NCBI GenBank assembly: GCA_049724395.1
Contig: JAUGWO010000038.1
Span: 1 to 64,000, forward strand
Origin: Spongospora subterranea f. sp. subterranea
Lineage: Eukaryota
Length of the DNA: 64,000 bases
Direction: 5' to 3'
The stretch's first letter is position 1; every line of letters starts with the position of its first letter. Made by a program: the position numbers and the translations under genes. Below, one piece after another: positions 35,617 to 53,086 of the stretch. The notes beneath the pieces were generated by a model that did no database searches, was not told where the DNA came from, and was given only the letters and a program-made list of their open reading frames with translations.

Positions 35617-37691
35617 ATGACGGATAATAATGCTGGATTGGACACCAGTATATTCACAGGACATAATTTTCGTATTGAGCAGTTTGTCTGCGCCCACAGC
35701 GAGCAGTTCGTTCTGGATCGGGCCCAGGGTTTATATCCATTACTGGAGAACACCAGGAGCCAGATCCACGCCTATCTCAAACAGATATTGGCTGAACACT
35801 ATCCAACATTCGTGGAGACGAGCAAAGGATACGCCACGCTAGAAAACGTGTTTAGCGATGTCCGCACACTGCTTGGAGAATATCGCGACAATGTAAGAAC
35901 TTTATCCTGCGTGGCAGTCCCGAATGACGCGATTGACGACAAACACGAAGTTGCTCCTGATAATTTCACCGAATTGGATCTGCAGCCAGTTATCAAACTG
36001 ATTGCTGATGGGTATCTTGAAAGTGCCGCGGAAACAATTTTTGCTGCAAGGCAGTTGCCTGTTTCGGCCAAAACGCTTATTGGGCTCGATGAAAGCGCCT
36101 GTGTGTTACGAGAAAGCGCGCTGAGGCGAATTCGGTTAGGCACAGTTTTCAATTTCTAGTTTACAGCTATATATAAATCAGAAACTTAGGTCTGGGGTTC
36201 CATACTCTGAACAAGTATCATTATGGATGCTTCTCCTCGAGTCCGGCGCCGTGGATGCGGCGTCATCGTCGTTTTTTGATCTTCAAACATCGAGGCAAGC
36301 GGAAATTTGCCGGTCCTACGGTTGTATTATTTTCATTTTAAATGATTGGGCTTCTAATATATTTTTGCAGCTGTTCCTTCTCTGTACGCACAGTTGTTGG
36401 GTGAGAGCCTTGCGGCCATCGAGTCCTCGCTTAGGTTGTTTCGGAGAGTTTTTTTAGGCAGGGTTCCTATATCTAAGTTCATTGTGTGGACCGCCATGCA
36501 GGTAATATCATCACCCTTTCAAGAATGTTGCTGATCAGTTTGCTCAGATCGAAAACGTCTCCTGTCTTGTCTGTAAAAATATATCATTATGCGATCTTTT
36601 CCTGAACCGGAACGCGTTTTGTGATCTGTTATCTGTGTTTGTTAAAATGAAGGAAGCAGGCTTGAATTTCGAATTCGCTTTCGAAAGCAAACATGAAGAA
36701 GCATTGCTTCAGAGTGTTGATTTAACGTTCACGAAGGAGATGCACTTGGTTTGTGAGCAAATTTCCATACAAACGTATTTATTGTAAAGATTTTGTACCA
36801 TAATCATTCACATAATGATTTATGTAGGTTCTTCCGAGATTGTAGGCGCCCAATCATTTGGGAAGGTTTCCAGGCTTCAGTTTCCGCTTCAGTCGTGTCT
36901 CTTTTATTGATCGATGCCGAGGTCAGGCCTGCAAGAATTGAGTTTATTTGGAAAATAACCATTTTTTTGCAGATTTATGCCAATCGGCGTTGACTTTTTC
37001 AAAAATCGATGGGTTTTCCTCACTATTTGCCGAACACCTTTCCACTTTCCTTCACCGGTTCGTTGCTGTCGTATCATCAATAGCTCGGGATTGCCCTTCT
37101 TTCAGTGCGGAACAAGGACTTGAATCATTAAGTGCAATTTTTTGCATCAAAAAGTTGATCGGGAATGGGTTGCTTCCTCTTGAAGATTTCGCTGAAATCT
37201 GCCTCGAGAATGTCGAAGCCGAGTTTGAAGGCCACCTGCAATTTTGCACATCATCGTTTGCAAGCTTTCGAGTTCGCGGAATCGTCGATTGGCCTCCATG
37301 TGATGTTGTTGAAAATTCGCATCATGTTCCATCTCGACCCATACATCGACTGATACGGGACCTTAAAAGTTATCGATCGGTTCTGCGCCAGGAATTCGAT
37401 GGTGATGTTTCAAGTCGAGCTATGAATCTTGTATTGTGTGAGACAATCAGGTTATTAGCTTGCAACGATTTCTGGAGACGATATGCGGTTGAAAGCATTT
37501 CTTCGTCCTGTTTTGCACAGATATCAATCGATGTGGAATATATGCAAATATCCTGTTTTGATTTGACAGAGTCCAGGTGCACAAATCAAACTATGGGACT
37601 TCTGAAACAAGTCCTTCACCAAGCTGAGCTAAGGGCACAGTGTCCTGAGGCTACTTCCACATCGGATGTCAGAAACAAAGATGCTGGCTGA
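35617..37691 (+). CDS. Exo84/Vps51-like tethering-complex subunit, multi-exon
   Basis: N-terminal FTGHNFRIEQFV and LKQILAEHYPTFVETSKGYATLE resemble the Vps51/Exo84 N-terminal motif. The remainder looks helical and ends in ORF 36948..37691. Confidence 0.5.
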
Positions 37692-37766
37692 ATCAAGCCG
37701 TGTACCAAGTATTTTCCTATGCAGATATAGGAAAGGTTGCCTCAATTAATGTATTCTTGACTAAAT

Positions 37767-37870
37767 AATGCTGAAATGAATTAGCTTTTATCAAATTAGA
37801 CATATGTGTATCTGATAACTAAAATGCTGAAATGAATTAGCTTTTATCAAATTAGACATATGTGTATCTG
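37767..37870. repeat. 48-bp direct duplication (period 56 bp) between convergent 3' ends
   Basis: AATGCTGAAATGAATTAGCTTTTATCAAATTAGACATATGTGTATCTG at 37767 and 37823. Confidence 0.92.
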
Positions 37871-37903
37871 CACAAAGCAGTTGACCTATGACCAGCATAA
37901 ACA

Positions 37904-38472
<569 letters not shown>

Positions 38473-39305
38473 TTATGACGCTGTCTGTCTGGTGCGGAAC
38501 GGGCGGACTCAAGGTGACACACGTTGGTGAGCGGACTCTGTAACTCCGTTGGTTTTATGTCCAGAATCTGAGATAAGGTTTATGGTACATGCGACCTTAT
38601 TCCCATGGTTCGGGGTCATCCGACAGACCCATCTCAGCGGTCGCACTAGGGTACAGACGATCTAGATTTCAACCTTATTTCCCATCGTCTGGGTTCATCT
38701 CTCTTGATCATTTTGAGCAGTGGGGAAAGACTATACGGTGATCTCTCATCCGCTACGGATCTTGTAATTGCCTTTCGCGGCGTAGTAGTTGTGGAACTTC
38801 AGCATCGGACGGCATCCGGTGTTGCATCATGTTCATTTTAATGCCAGAGCAAATATCTCTGAAACATTTAAAACGGAAAGAGAGTCTTTGTTTCAAGTTT
38901 CCAGAAATCGTTCTAGGAAACCATTATCTTGATGTAGACCAAAAATCTGTATTTTGGCCTTCTTGGTTATGTACGAAGTATTCCATTGTTGACGTTTTTG
39001 AAGCCTTTGACAACAACGTGAGTTGAAAACAAAAAATGCACTTAATAAACTCGATCAAAAGTGATCTTGACTAAGTGTTCCTCTTGTGTTTGGTTCTGTA
39101 CGCTGAGCTCAGTCTGAGCTCTATGGCCGATATGTCCGTCTGGCTCTATTAAGGGTTGTCCATGATTTTCTTGCAGGATAACCCCGTAATACGGCCTGTC
39201 AGGACACACAAGTGCGCGCACATACAGTACACGTGTCTATCTCTTATCCGTCGTTTCTGATTTCTTTGGGGACCTTTGCAATATCAGACGAATATTACCC
39301 TCAGC

Positions 39306-43510
<4,205 letters not shown>

Positions 43511-43779
43511 AGCCTGTAAAGAAGCGATCGCGGCCGCTGCATATAGAATACATAATCGATTATCATCCATTCAATGCGCTCACTGTATTTTCTCACAACT
43601 CTTCCTTACGCAAGTAGCTTTTAGAAAAGAACGAAACCGAGCCCAACTGGGTTTTTCCAAATACGCAAAATGGGAATGGGAAGAATGTTCAAAATTGGTT
43701 CATGGCAGAGTGCTATAAGCAATCCGTTATTGAACGACTGTCGAGCGTTTAACATACAAATAGATGTTGTTATCAGTTA

Positions 43780-45272
43780 AATACAATGCGCACCATCGCA
43801 AGGTTCGCAAAACTCTGTCAAAACTTCTTTCGTGGATTTCCGTACAAGTTGCTGGCTCGGTTTTTGCTGCCATCCGAGCTCAGGAATATTTTTGTCAACC
43901 AGTTTCAGTTGGTGATAGATTTCGGCTGAGTTTCTGGTCAGGTATTGGCTCAGAAAACCTGATCAATGGTCAATCGTCATGCCTAACGAATGTCAATACA
44001 CGATTGCGTTTGGCGATTGCAATTTGTCGTTTGGCGCCCAAGATGGGAATGCCCCCAATTTTTAAAATTGGCGCGATAGTCGGTTAATACCACATCGAGG
44101 GTGATCCCAACAGGAGGGGAAAAATGAGTATAAATTTTTGTCAGTAATTTTGCCCCTAGACCATCGTCCTTGATTCCTTTCACATTGCGTTTTTTCAACA
44201 AGCTACCCGACAATCGTTTAGTCCAAGCATAAAGGCGACAGTTTCTGCAACCATTGTTGAGTTTCCGAAACAGATCTACCTCGCACCTGTGCATCCTTGA
44301 CGGTTTACATACGACAATCTTCCACAGCAATGTGCGTTTTGTCGAGGAATCAAATGAACCTGAAAGTCCTTTTCTTCCTTAGCAGAGACGCCTCAAAATC
44401 CTCAAGGCGGGATAAAACCTGGTTTTTCAGGCCACAAAACTGTTAAATGCGATGCATTTACCCTGTGCGATGGACCTTGTCACCAATTTTGAATGCGAGA
44501 AGATGTACGGCGCTATCTTGTTTATTGGTACTGTTGTACGAAATCCCAAGCAGAATGAATCCAAATAGATACATTTCACTGTGTTGTTGATGATTTTGTA
44601 GAAAATTGGGGCTAACGGAGTAAATGTCCATGAAGATATGCAGCCACCAAATCCTGTCCAGCTTGGGGATCAGGTTTTGGTTTACTCAGTTGCGAGTCGG
44701 CAATGGAACTCTGTGGGAGCTTCAACATTCCACTCAATTCGGTGAGCGCTGCATCGAATTCCTGTATCCGGCTCTGTAGATCCTGACCTTGATCGTCCTC
44801 AAAGTGCAGGCCGTTCTGTAAAAGGTTTACATTCTGCTCGTCGATTTCCATGATCGGCTTCGCTCTGATAAGATTGCCCTATGTTGTTGAGTTCACGGGC
44901 CGGCGAACAGGACGAAAACAGCAACAATTACTGGATCGCAATTATCGACGGTTGGAATGAACAGAAACGCCGACGCCAGATCACGTTCGACATCGGACCG
45001 GAGCAGCTCCTGACTAATCGACTGTATTTGACTTGATATGAGGGTGAACTGGGATAATATTCTGGGCCTAAAACCTCGAATTAAAATCGCACACGAGAAA
45101 AAACTGGTGAATAAACGATCACCAAAAAAAAAGTGAACGTTTGCAGGAAATGAATGTTTTACCATTGGACATTCGGCGTCCTGGACTTGAGGTCGATCTT
45201 GCTAAGCGCCGACGACAGATCCCTGGCGTCGTTCCGAAGAGCCCTTAGATACGTATCCAATGGATTATCCAT
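43780..45272 (-). CDS. Hypothetical multi-exon protein; 3' end not resolved
   Basis: Coding-like segments MDNPLDTYLRALRNDARDLSS, MEIDEQNVNLLQNG..LVAAYLHGHLL and KCIYLDSFCLGFRTTVPINK are flanked by GT-AG gaps. No family recognised. Confidence 0.4.
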
Positions 45273-45777
45273 GACCGCTCGATCATTCGACTTCTCCAAC
45301 GATGATCCCCCGACGCCCTTTCGAACAATGGGAAAATTGCGCAACCAATCAAACAGAGGGCGTGATTCGTGTTGACCAACGAGATCATCACCATCATCAC
45401 GTTGAACACACAAGGGAGTTTGATTGGACGATGTGTGTGAACGACGCCATCCGATGATCGTGTGATGATCGGTCGCGTCCGACACAATCCGGGTGCAGGT
45501 GTGGACAGCGGGCTGTAAATTGTTTTCGTCGTCTGGGGAGATCCACGGGTCCGGTCCATCAATGCCCAAACCCTCAGTCTCCTGATATCGCCATGTAATA
45601 TCGGTATTGGTGTTAATGGGCAACATTCAGTATTGTTCGCATTATTGGCGGTTTCAATTGGTTTGATGTGTTTACTCGCATTCGCGCTGTGTTTCTTCTG
45701 TTTAGGGAATCAATTGGAATTGCCTCTAACGCAGTCTGTCCTGCCACTGAGATGGCGCTTTTTTGGCATCATGTTCA

Positions 45778-47216
45778 ATGGCAGTATCGAGCTCGGGGAA
45801 GTCGAATGTGATGACGAAACCGCTCAGGAAAAGATTGAGGAAAATACGGCGGTTCCGTGCCTCATCGAACGCTGTTGGACCAAGAGTTGGGTTCGACACA
45901 GCAATAGAGAATGGCGAACGAAGCGGGACGCCGTGTCCTCCTGAAAGTTTGTTCTTTCGCGATATTGTCGACATTGTGCTCCGTATCTTCGATATTGCCT
46001 GAAAACAGGGGCAAAAAAAAAACGCCAAATCATTGCACGACAGAATACACAGGATTTAGCGAAGACAGGATATATATATGTATTGAGTCTGGCCTCGGCT
46101 TCCTTGAACAGCATCGTGTTGCTCTGGAACCGAAAACCCCCATTGATTTGCAAGGCGGCGTGTGTTTGCCCTAGATGGCAAATCTTTAAACTTACAGGAG
46201 ATTGTGAATGAGCACAACACCAGGGGTATTGGAGGTGCATTGCCCACTCACCAACACGATGTACCGATTGGTCTGTTTCTTGGACCAAATGGCGATTGGT
46301 GTCGTCCATGGGGTACCTCTGGGGTTTTCGCCTTCATTGTGACCAGACCTGGACGTGATGTCGTCGCCCCATATGTGTCGGTTGATCATGACAGAGACCG
46401 CAGTTTTCCACTTGAGGGTAACAGGAGGGGTCGCCCATGGCGACAATGGCGATAGTAATGTGTGACGCGGCAGTGGCAGCGTTACAGGCGTTCTCGCGCG
46501 AAGATTGCTGCGACGTCTGCAGGGAATCGGATGGGGAGCTGGTCTACTGCGCCCAATGCGAAGGTGGATCTCAGATCTGAACCAGGTCCTGACCCGCCCT
46601 GGTCGTCCACTAATACGATGGCGCTACTATAGTTTGTGTCCACAGCGACTGCTATGGGGCGCCATTATCGATATCGATCCCGGAGGACGATTGGGTGTGC
46701 GACGGGTGCATATGGAACCAGGATCAATGTGTCCTGTGCCCAAGGAGGTCTGGCGCCATGAAGAGGACCACCGACTGGAGATGGGCCCATATCATCTGCT
46801 CGATTTGGGTGCCCGAAGTGTATTTCCGGTTCGCCGATCGCTGCGACGCCATCGATCTGATGCAGGTTCCACAGCACCGGTTTGCCAAGGTGCCTTGGGA
46901 CCAAACACGTATGTCGGTTCGAAGCTGATCCCAATCCGATTACAGGATTGCATGTATTGCCTGACCAGCGATGGCGCCAGTTTCGACTGCTCCGATCCGG
47001 TAGGATTTCCATAGATTATCATCATCGCGGGGGCGGGAATTCAACTTGTTTGTTTGTTTGTTGTCCTGGTCACAGAGCTGTCCAAATGCGTTTCACATAC
47101 CCTGCGCCATGGCCTTTGGTGTCCATTTCGAATACAAGAAGGTGAACGGCGCCCCCGATCTCGTTTATTCGTACTGCTGTAAGAGGTCCAAGCAGAAGGC
47201 GTTGAAATCGAAATAA
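45778..47216 (+). CDS. PHD plus extended-PHD (PZP; BRPF/JADE/AF10-like) chromatin reader, multi-exon; start approximate
   Basis: CDVCRE..LVYCAQCE / CVHSDCYG..WVCDGC..CVLCPRRSGAMKRTTDWRWAHIICSIWVPEV / CMYC / CPNAFHIPCA..YSYC. Confidence 0.85.
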
Positions 47217-47377
47217 AAATAATTTTACTGTGTTGTCCATGGGAGATCGATCAAGTTCCTGATTGGCCCATTGGGATGTAGCGGACGGCGGTGCCCGAGG
47301 GAGATTAACGGGCGAAGGGATTCCTCATCATCCCGTTGTTTTCGTCGATTACGTTGAGCTGCTGGGTCGGTAACCTC

Positions 47378-48076
47378 ACAGTGCCATCTCTGGCAAACTG
47401 TTTGATGACTTATATTGTATATTACAGTCCAGGTTATTCGTTCCTGACTGATCCGGAACTCAATTTTCAATGCCTTATTCACGACTTCATTCGTTATATC
47501 ATCACTAATTGCAGGGCTTACTTTGTTCAAAATCGTATTGATGATTTTATTGTTTGAAATTTGCCCGCGGTTACTGATTTCTTGAAAACCTGCGATGAGT
47601 TTCATGAATTCTTTCTGACTATTTTTATTATTCATCTGACCCGTGGACAACCTCTTCGTGCTGATGGAAGCAAAATCGTTAATGCTGAGCAGAACCACAA
47701 CTAGCGTCGCTAGCTCGAATTATTGGATGTACTTTGCCTTCCCAGACTCGCCGCTTCCCTTTGTGGTAACTTCGAAGTATGCACATCTGCCCATTCATCC
47801 GATCAATCGATCTAGTGATGTTACTTGTGGTTCTGCTCAGCATCAGCGAGTTTGCTTCCTCAGCACGAAGAGGTTGTCCACGGGTCAGATGATAATAGTC
47901 CGAAAGAATTCATGAAACTCCTCGCAGGTTTAGTAAGCCCTGCAATTAGTGATGATATAACAATGAAGTCGTGAATAAGGCATTGGAAATTGAGTTTTCG
48001 GATCAGTCAGGAACGAATAACCTTTACTTTTATACACAATACAAATCATCAAACAGTTTGCCAGAGATGGCACTGT
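47378..48076. repeat. Imperfect fold-back palindrome: arms 47378-47700 and 47825-48076
   Basis: ACAGTGCCATCTCTGGCAAACTGTTTGATGA pairs with TCATCAAACAGTTTGCCAGAGATGGCACTGT. CATCTGACCCGTGGACAACCTCTTCGTGCTGA pairs with TCAGCACGAAGAGGTTGTCCACGGGTCAGATG. The left arm has about 60 extra bp. Confidence 0.92.
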
Positions 48077-48728
48077 CAAATTCTTTCAGGTCGGGCACGA
48101 GAAGAGAATTAATGGTCAGTTTGACCAGAACACTACGGTTGCTGACGGGGTAGACGATGCAATGCTTCATTGCACCATGGCATTGACAGTGCATCGACGA
48201 GTATTTTTAGCCAAACTGTATATACGTGAGAAGTCCGTGGACATACAGTACGTCCACGGAAGGGATAAGTCCGTGGACATGCATGTCTCCAATAGAACCC
48301 GGCCCACCAAGAACGGGCAGCGTGTCTTCCCTGACATTTTGTTTCTTTTTTGACAAGAAGGTTCAAAGAGAGATATAATCATTTGCGGTCAAGTGCATTA
48401 TCTCGTCACGATCTATTTCGCTGGCGGGCGAGCAATCATCGCCAATTGAAGATTGTGCCAGGATGCAGCACAGGAACGAGATAAAGCTAAAAACTGAATT
48501 CACGAGCGACAATTCAAAGGAAAGCTGCAAACAACATCCTATTTCGATAACGGCGCTCTGAAACTATTGTGCCGAAACCTTGACACAATTCGTCAACTTG
48601 TCGACGAATGTGGCGAAACTGTTTTTGCAAATGTCGGTTGGAGAAGTGAGTGAGGCCTCCTATGACTGTCCTAAGTTGGGCGTCATTGTTTTGTCGCCAA
48701 CCTCCCCCCCCCCCGAAACCCCAGAACG

Positions 48729-49977
48729 ATGGTCAGGATCACGGAGGATCTGGTGCGGCGGCGCTCCGAACACAACGACGGCATCCTGCACTCGCTCCAG
48801 GAGCTGACATTGCACCAGTTCGAGATCGAGCGGATCGAGGCGCTGGGGACGTTGTGCCGCCACCTGCGGATCCTGTATCTGCAGAACAACCTGATCGGGA
48901 AACTGGAGAATCTGCACCGGCTGAAGGAGCTTGACTATCTCAACGTCGCCGTCAACAATATCACGCTGATCGAGAACCTGGACAGGTGCGAGAGCCTTCG
49001 GAAACTCGACCTGACCCTGAACTTCATCGACGTCGACAGGCTACAGGAAAGCTGCGAGAACCTACGTCGCTGCCCGAACATCCGCGAGCTGTATTTGATG
49101 GGAAACCCGTGTACGAGTTTCGGGAACTGGCGCCGTTTCGTGATCGGAAAGATACCGCAATTGGAGTCGCTGGACGCGCAAGAGATCGCGAAGAGTGAGC
49201 GTATTTTGGCCAAGCAGCAGATGGCGGCGATGCAGCAAGAACTGGATTTACTGGTGGACCAAAAACGCAACAACGAGGCCGACGCGGAGGGATCGCCATC
49301 CACGACATGGCACAGCCCCGAAGCGCGAACGAAAATGTACCACGATATTGCGGCGACCAGGAAACAGCGAGAGGAGGACGATAAGTCGACGGCGATGTTC
49401 GAACCAGCAGCAGATCCGATCGCCGTCGCCAACAAACTGGTAAAAGCGATAGGACGATGATCGCGTGATTGTGATTTGGTGTCGTTTTTTGTTGTGTTTT
49501 TTTTAGCTGTCGGTTCCGGCCGTGGAACTTGAAGGGCGGCTCCCGTCGCAAAGGAATCAGGGCAAATGGGAGTTCAGGATCGACGACGACGACCCGAGAT
49601 ACGTAATCGCGACGGTGAACGTCCCGCGGTTCCTGGATACGTCGCAGATCCGGATCGATATTCACCCGCGATGGTTCCAGTGCGTGATCAAAGGGAAACT
49701 GATCCTGCTCCATCTCCCCGACGAAGTTGCGTCGGACGACGCCATCGCTCAGCGCGTCATAACAACGGGCGCCCTGGTCCTAAAAATGCCCCGAGCCGTT
49801 CCGCTCAAATCCAAAACCAAACAAGGGCCGGTATCGCAAGCATTACGCGGGACCATCGCGAACGCGCCGACGCCATCGAAGACTGTCGATTTTCGCAACA
49901 TCGTTGAGGCCACAGAGCGGCGAAAGCAACAGATTCGCGAATCGATCGACGAAAGCGAAGTCCCGCCATTAGAGTAA
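48729..49977 (+). CDS. LRRC6: Dynein axonemal assembly factor 11 (LRRC6 / tilB)
   Basis: MVRITEDLVRRRSEHNDG..LQELTLHQFEIERIE; LYLQNNLI; LYLMGNPC. Intron 49440-49506 is followed by QRNQGKWEF and a CS-like domain (VPRFLDTSQI..IKGK..LHLPDEV..TTGALVLKMP). Confidence 0.95.
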
Positions 49978-50046
49978 AACTCGCGAATGTGTTGGGCAAA
50001 TTTTCATGGGAATATCGTCTGTATCAGAGATCGTCATCGCCGGTCT

Positions 50047-50966
50047 CTACACTGCTCCGCCAACTCCTTCAACCTCCTTGCCTTGAACTGCTGGTACGAA
50101 CTCGGCCGCTTCCGGGGCCGGCTTGATCTCGCGCCCGAACATGTCCAACCCGGGATCGGGAACGGCGACGTCCTCCTCGGCCGGCTGACGCAGCGCGCCC
50201 GAGTTGGAGTTCAGCCATTCCGACATGAGTTTCACCGGTTTGGCGAGGTCGTCAGGGGCTATATTCCGCAAATGATGAACAGCCATATCCCGTTGTTCCG
50301 AATCTAATCTACATCGAATTGTTCAGTGTTTGATGCCCGATCCCCAGAACCGCAAAACACACCTTCGATTGGTGATGATCGTGTCGCGAAGCAGATTCGT
50401 TAGCTGCACTTTGTCGGGCTGGGAAGGAGGGCGTCGGAGCTCGATGCGTTCGTCTGCGAAGCTCTGTGAAAACGTGGATAGGCCGAAGCCTTTCGAACGG
50501 CGCGATTCCCTGAGAGCGGGTCGAGGGCTTCGGGACCTAGACGCACTCCTGCTGGATGATACCGATCGTCCTGGGCAAAATTCCCTTAGAACAGTCTGAA
50601 TATCGTTTGATGATAAAATATGGAACCTCGAGACCAACTACGTTTTCTTAACCTTCGGTCAATGGCTCGTTTGTTTTTATCGACGTTTCGCGAGGGTCTG
50701 AAACTACTCTGAGGAGACCGGGACCGTCTCGGGGATCGGGGCTGTCTTCGTGGGGATCGTGATCTCCTGGCAGATGGCCGTCGAGGCCCGCGATCGGGTC
50801 GTCGCGAAGACGTGTATGAGTCTCGGGCCTGAGGTGGTGATGACGGCGCTGCACTACGATCAGGGGCCAATGATTCCGCCTTCCGCTCACGTTGGCGCCG
50901 ATCTCGTTCTGTCTGGAAAAGAATCTCCTCTTCCAGGTCGGCCATTGCTGATAAACGGCCCATCAT
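50047..50966 (-). CDS. Hypothetical R/S/P-rich protein, 3 exons
   Basis: MADLEEEILFQTERDRR..RSRSPRRQPRSPRRSRSP / RSASRSRSPR..LLRDTIITNRR / ..DMFGREIK. The ORFs join across short GT-AG gaps. Confidence 0.6.
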
Positions 50967-51540
50967 GACGACAAACAGCCGATTGGCCAACTGGTGTAGT
51001 CGACAACCAACCCACGGATCAACCACACTACCCGTATTGAGTGTACACACAACCCACCGACGACCAGTACATCCAACCCACAGACGACACAGTACACAAA
51101 ACCCATAGAATGTACACTGTACATATACACCCGCACAACCCAGAGCACCACTGAACTTCCAGAGGCCCTGGTCGCTCAACCAACAGACTACACCCAGCCT
51201 TGCCACTACACAGAGCACAGAGTCAACCCGAGTTGCGGTTGGTCGGGCATTGTCAGGACGTGGTGGAAATGTGCAACGAGAGACATTTCCCAAGTGACGC
51301 TTTGGCGTATGCACTGATCGATGGCATTTTTACTTGGACGATCAGTTTTTCCAGAGTTCACGACGCTGCTCTGTATACGAATATTGAGAGCCGCACCGGG
51401 CGCATCGTCGTCCCATCCTGAATCAGCCGACAACAGTTGAACCTCTGATTCGTGTTTCGCAACGGGTCGGGTGCAATGACGGTTCTGCTGCGGAAAACCA
51501 TAGCGATGGAGTCGTCGATTCGTTGACCTCAACAGGTGCC

Positions 51541-52058
51541 ATAAACCGATCAACACTATATGTAGAACGGGGTCGTTCCCGCTCGGCCAGCGGGTTTCCG
51601 CCCATGAACAAACCGCCCATGACGCGACAGAGACGTCGGTCGTGTAGGATTGGCGGGGCATTGGAGAACGATAAGAGTGACGAGATTGACAAACCCACGA
51701 ACAGCTTTGGCAGAACCTGTCGAATGAGTTTTGGGCAGGCGGTGGAGGTTGTCGATATTAGGGTAGAATATCCATCTGGCGTTGCCATTCTGCGATCCTA
51801 TTTTCCAACGTTCAAAGACCCCCCGATTTCTACTGTCGAACTTACTCGACGGGTTCTGCCAACGCTGTTCGTGGGTTTGGTATATCAAATTCGTCTTGTT
51901 ATTGCCGTTCTCTCAATGCCCGCTCTTCGCACTCGACCGACGTCTTTCGCGTCATATGCTGGTGGTAAGCGGTTTGGTCATTGGCGAGGCGTTAGATATC
52001 GGCGACATCCTCTGCTCGAGCGGAACGATCCCGTTCTATATAGCTGCGACCGGTTTAT
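51541..52058. repeat. Degenerate fold-back palindrome: arms about 51541-51740 and about 51832-52058
   Basis: AAACCCACGAACAGCTTTGGCAGAACCTGTCGA vs reverse complement AAACCCACGAACAGCGTTGGCAGAACCCGTCGA. ATAAACCG..TAGAACGGGGTCGTTCCCGCTCG vs reverse complement ATAAACCG..TAGAACGGGATCGTTCCGCTCG. Confidence 0.85.
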
Positions 52059-53086
52059 TGCTTGGTAGTGGTCGCTAACGGCTTGGATCCGATGTGCCGC
52101 CCCCCTTTCTAAGAAACGCCTCTATGGCGTGATTTCCACAGCGATTCTTTATCGTGTGTTCCGTCCCTGATCTCCAATGGGGTCAGCTTTCGTCAACAGA
52201 ATGCCACAGGCTGGAAAGGGTGATCTTGTTGCAGTTCAGACAACACTATCCTCAATTGCAAACCAGCGGCGTCGGTTTCCCCCAACACGCACGGTTCGGC
52301 ATAAGGTCGTTCATCGCTAATATGTCGCCCAATGAAATTGTATTCGTTTCCGTGTCGGCGCATAACAACGGCGTTGCCAAGCTACAGCATAATGGGACGA
52401 TGAAATCCCGATGGAATTTGATGAATCCCCAGATAACATTGGACTCCTTTGGCGTCTTTCGGAAAAAACCATGTAGCCCCGAGTCCATTTCGATTCCTGT
52501 CCCAGGAGACCACGTCAACCCAACGAAGTTTCACGTTCACAGCATCGTTCCAACTTCGCAAACAGGTTCATGTCCCTGAATCATCTTGAGACGCGTTGGA
52601 CAACTCACATCGTGTGTTGGACCGGGCTCCACGAACATATCAACAAATCACCAAGATCAAACACCAACAAACGGGTTGGATCGACTCGTTCATGAAAGGC
52701 GTTGGGATCATGGCGGCTGCGTTCATCAGTCCGAACGGCGCCACTCGATATTGACAATGTGGCCGTATATTGACAGTTCAATGCAGTTTCTCATTCATGG
52801 CCCGTTCCGATTAGGGTGCGGAATTTAGCACGGATTTGGAATGACAATTACCAGCCAAACTCTTCCATTCGCCTTGGGCAGCGCCAGTCAAACCGGGGTG
52901 CGATGTCGTCCCATTTCACAAAAAGACCGATTTGCCAATGCCTCATATACTTTCGGAAATATCACGTCGTTGTTTCGTGTCAATTGGCAACGTCGTCCCC
53001 ATTTCTAACGAATCGTTCTGGTGTGGCTCAGCATTCCCAACCGTCACGTACTACACTGCTACCAATGGCCACAGCGATCTGCTGTT

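Noticed and set aside
48935..49713. Long antisense ORFs over LRRC6 (and similar ones over the channel, acidic-protein and DDX51 genes)
   Set aside because: These are shadow ORFs of GC-rich or compositionally biased sense genes.
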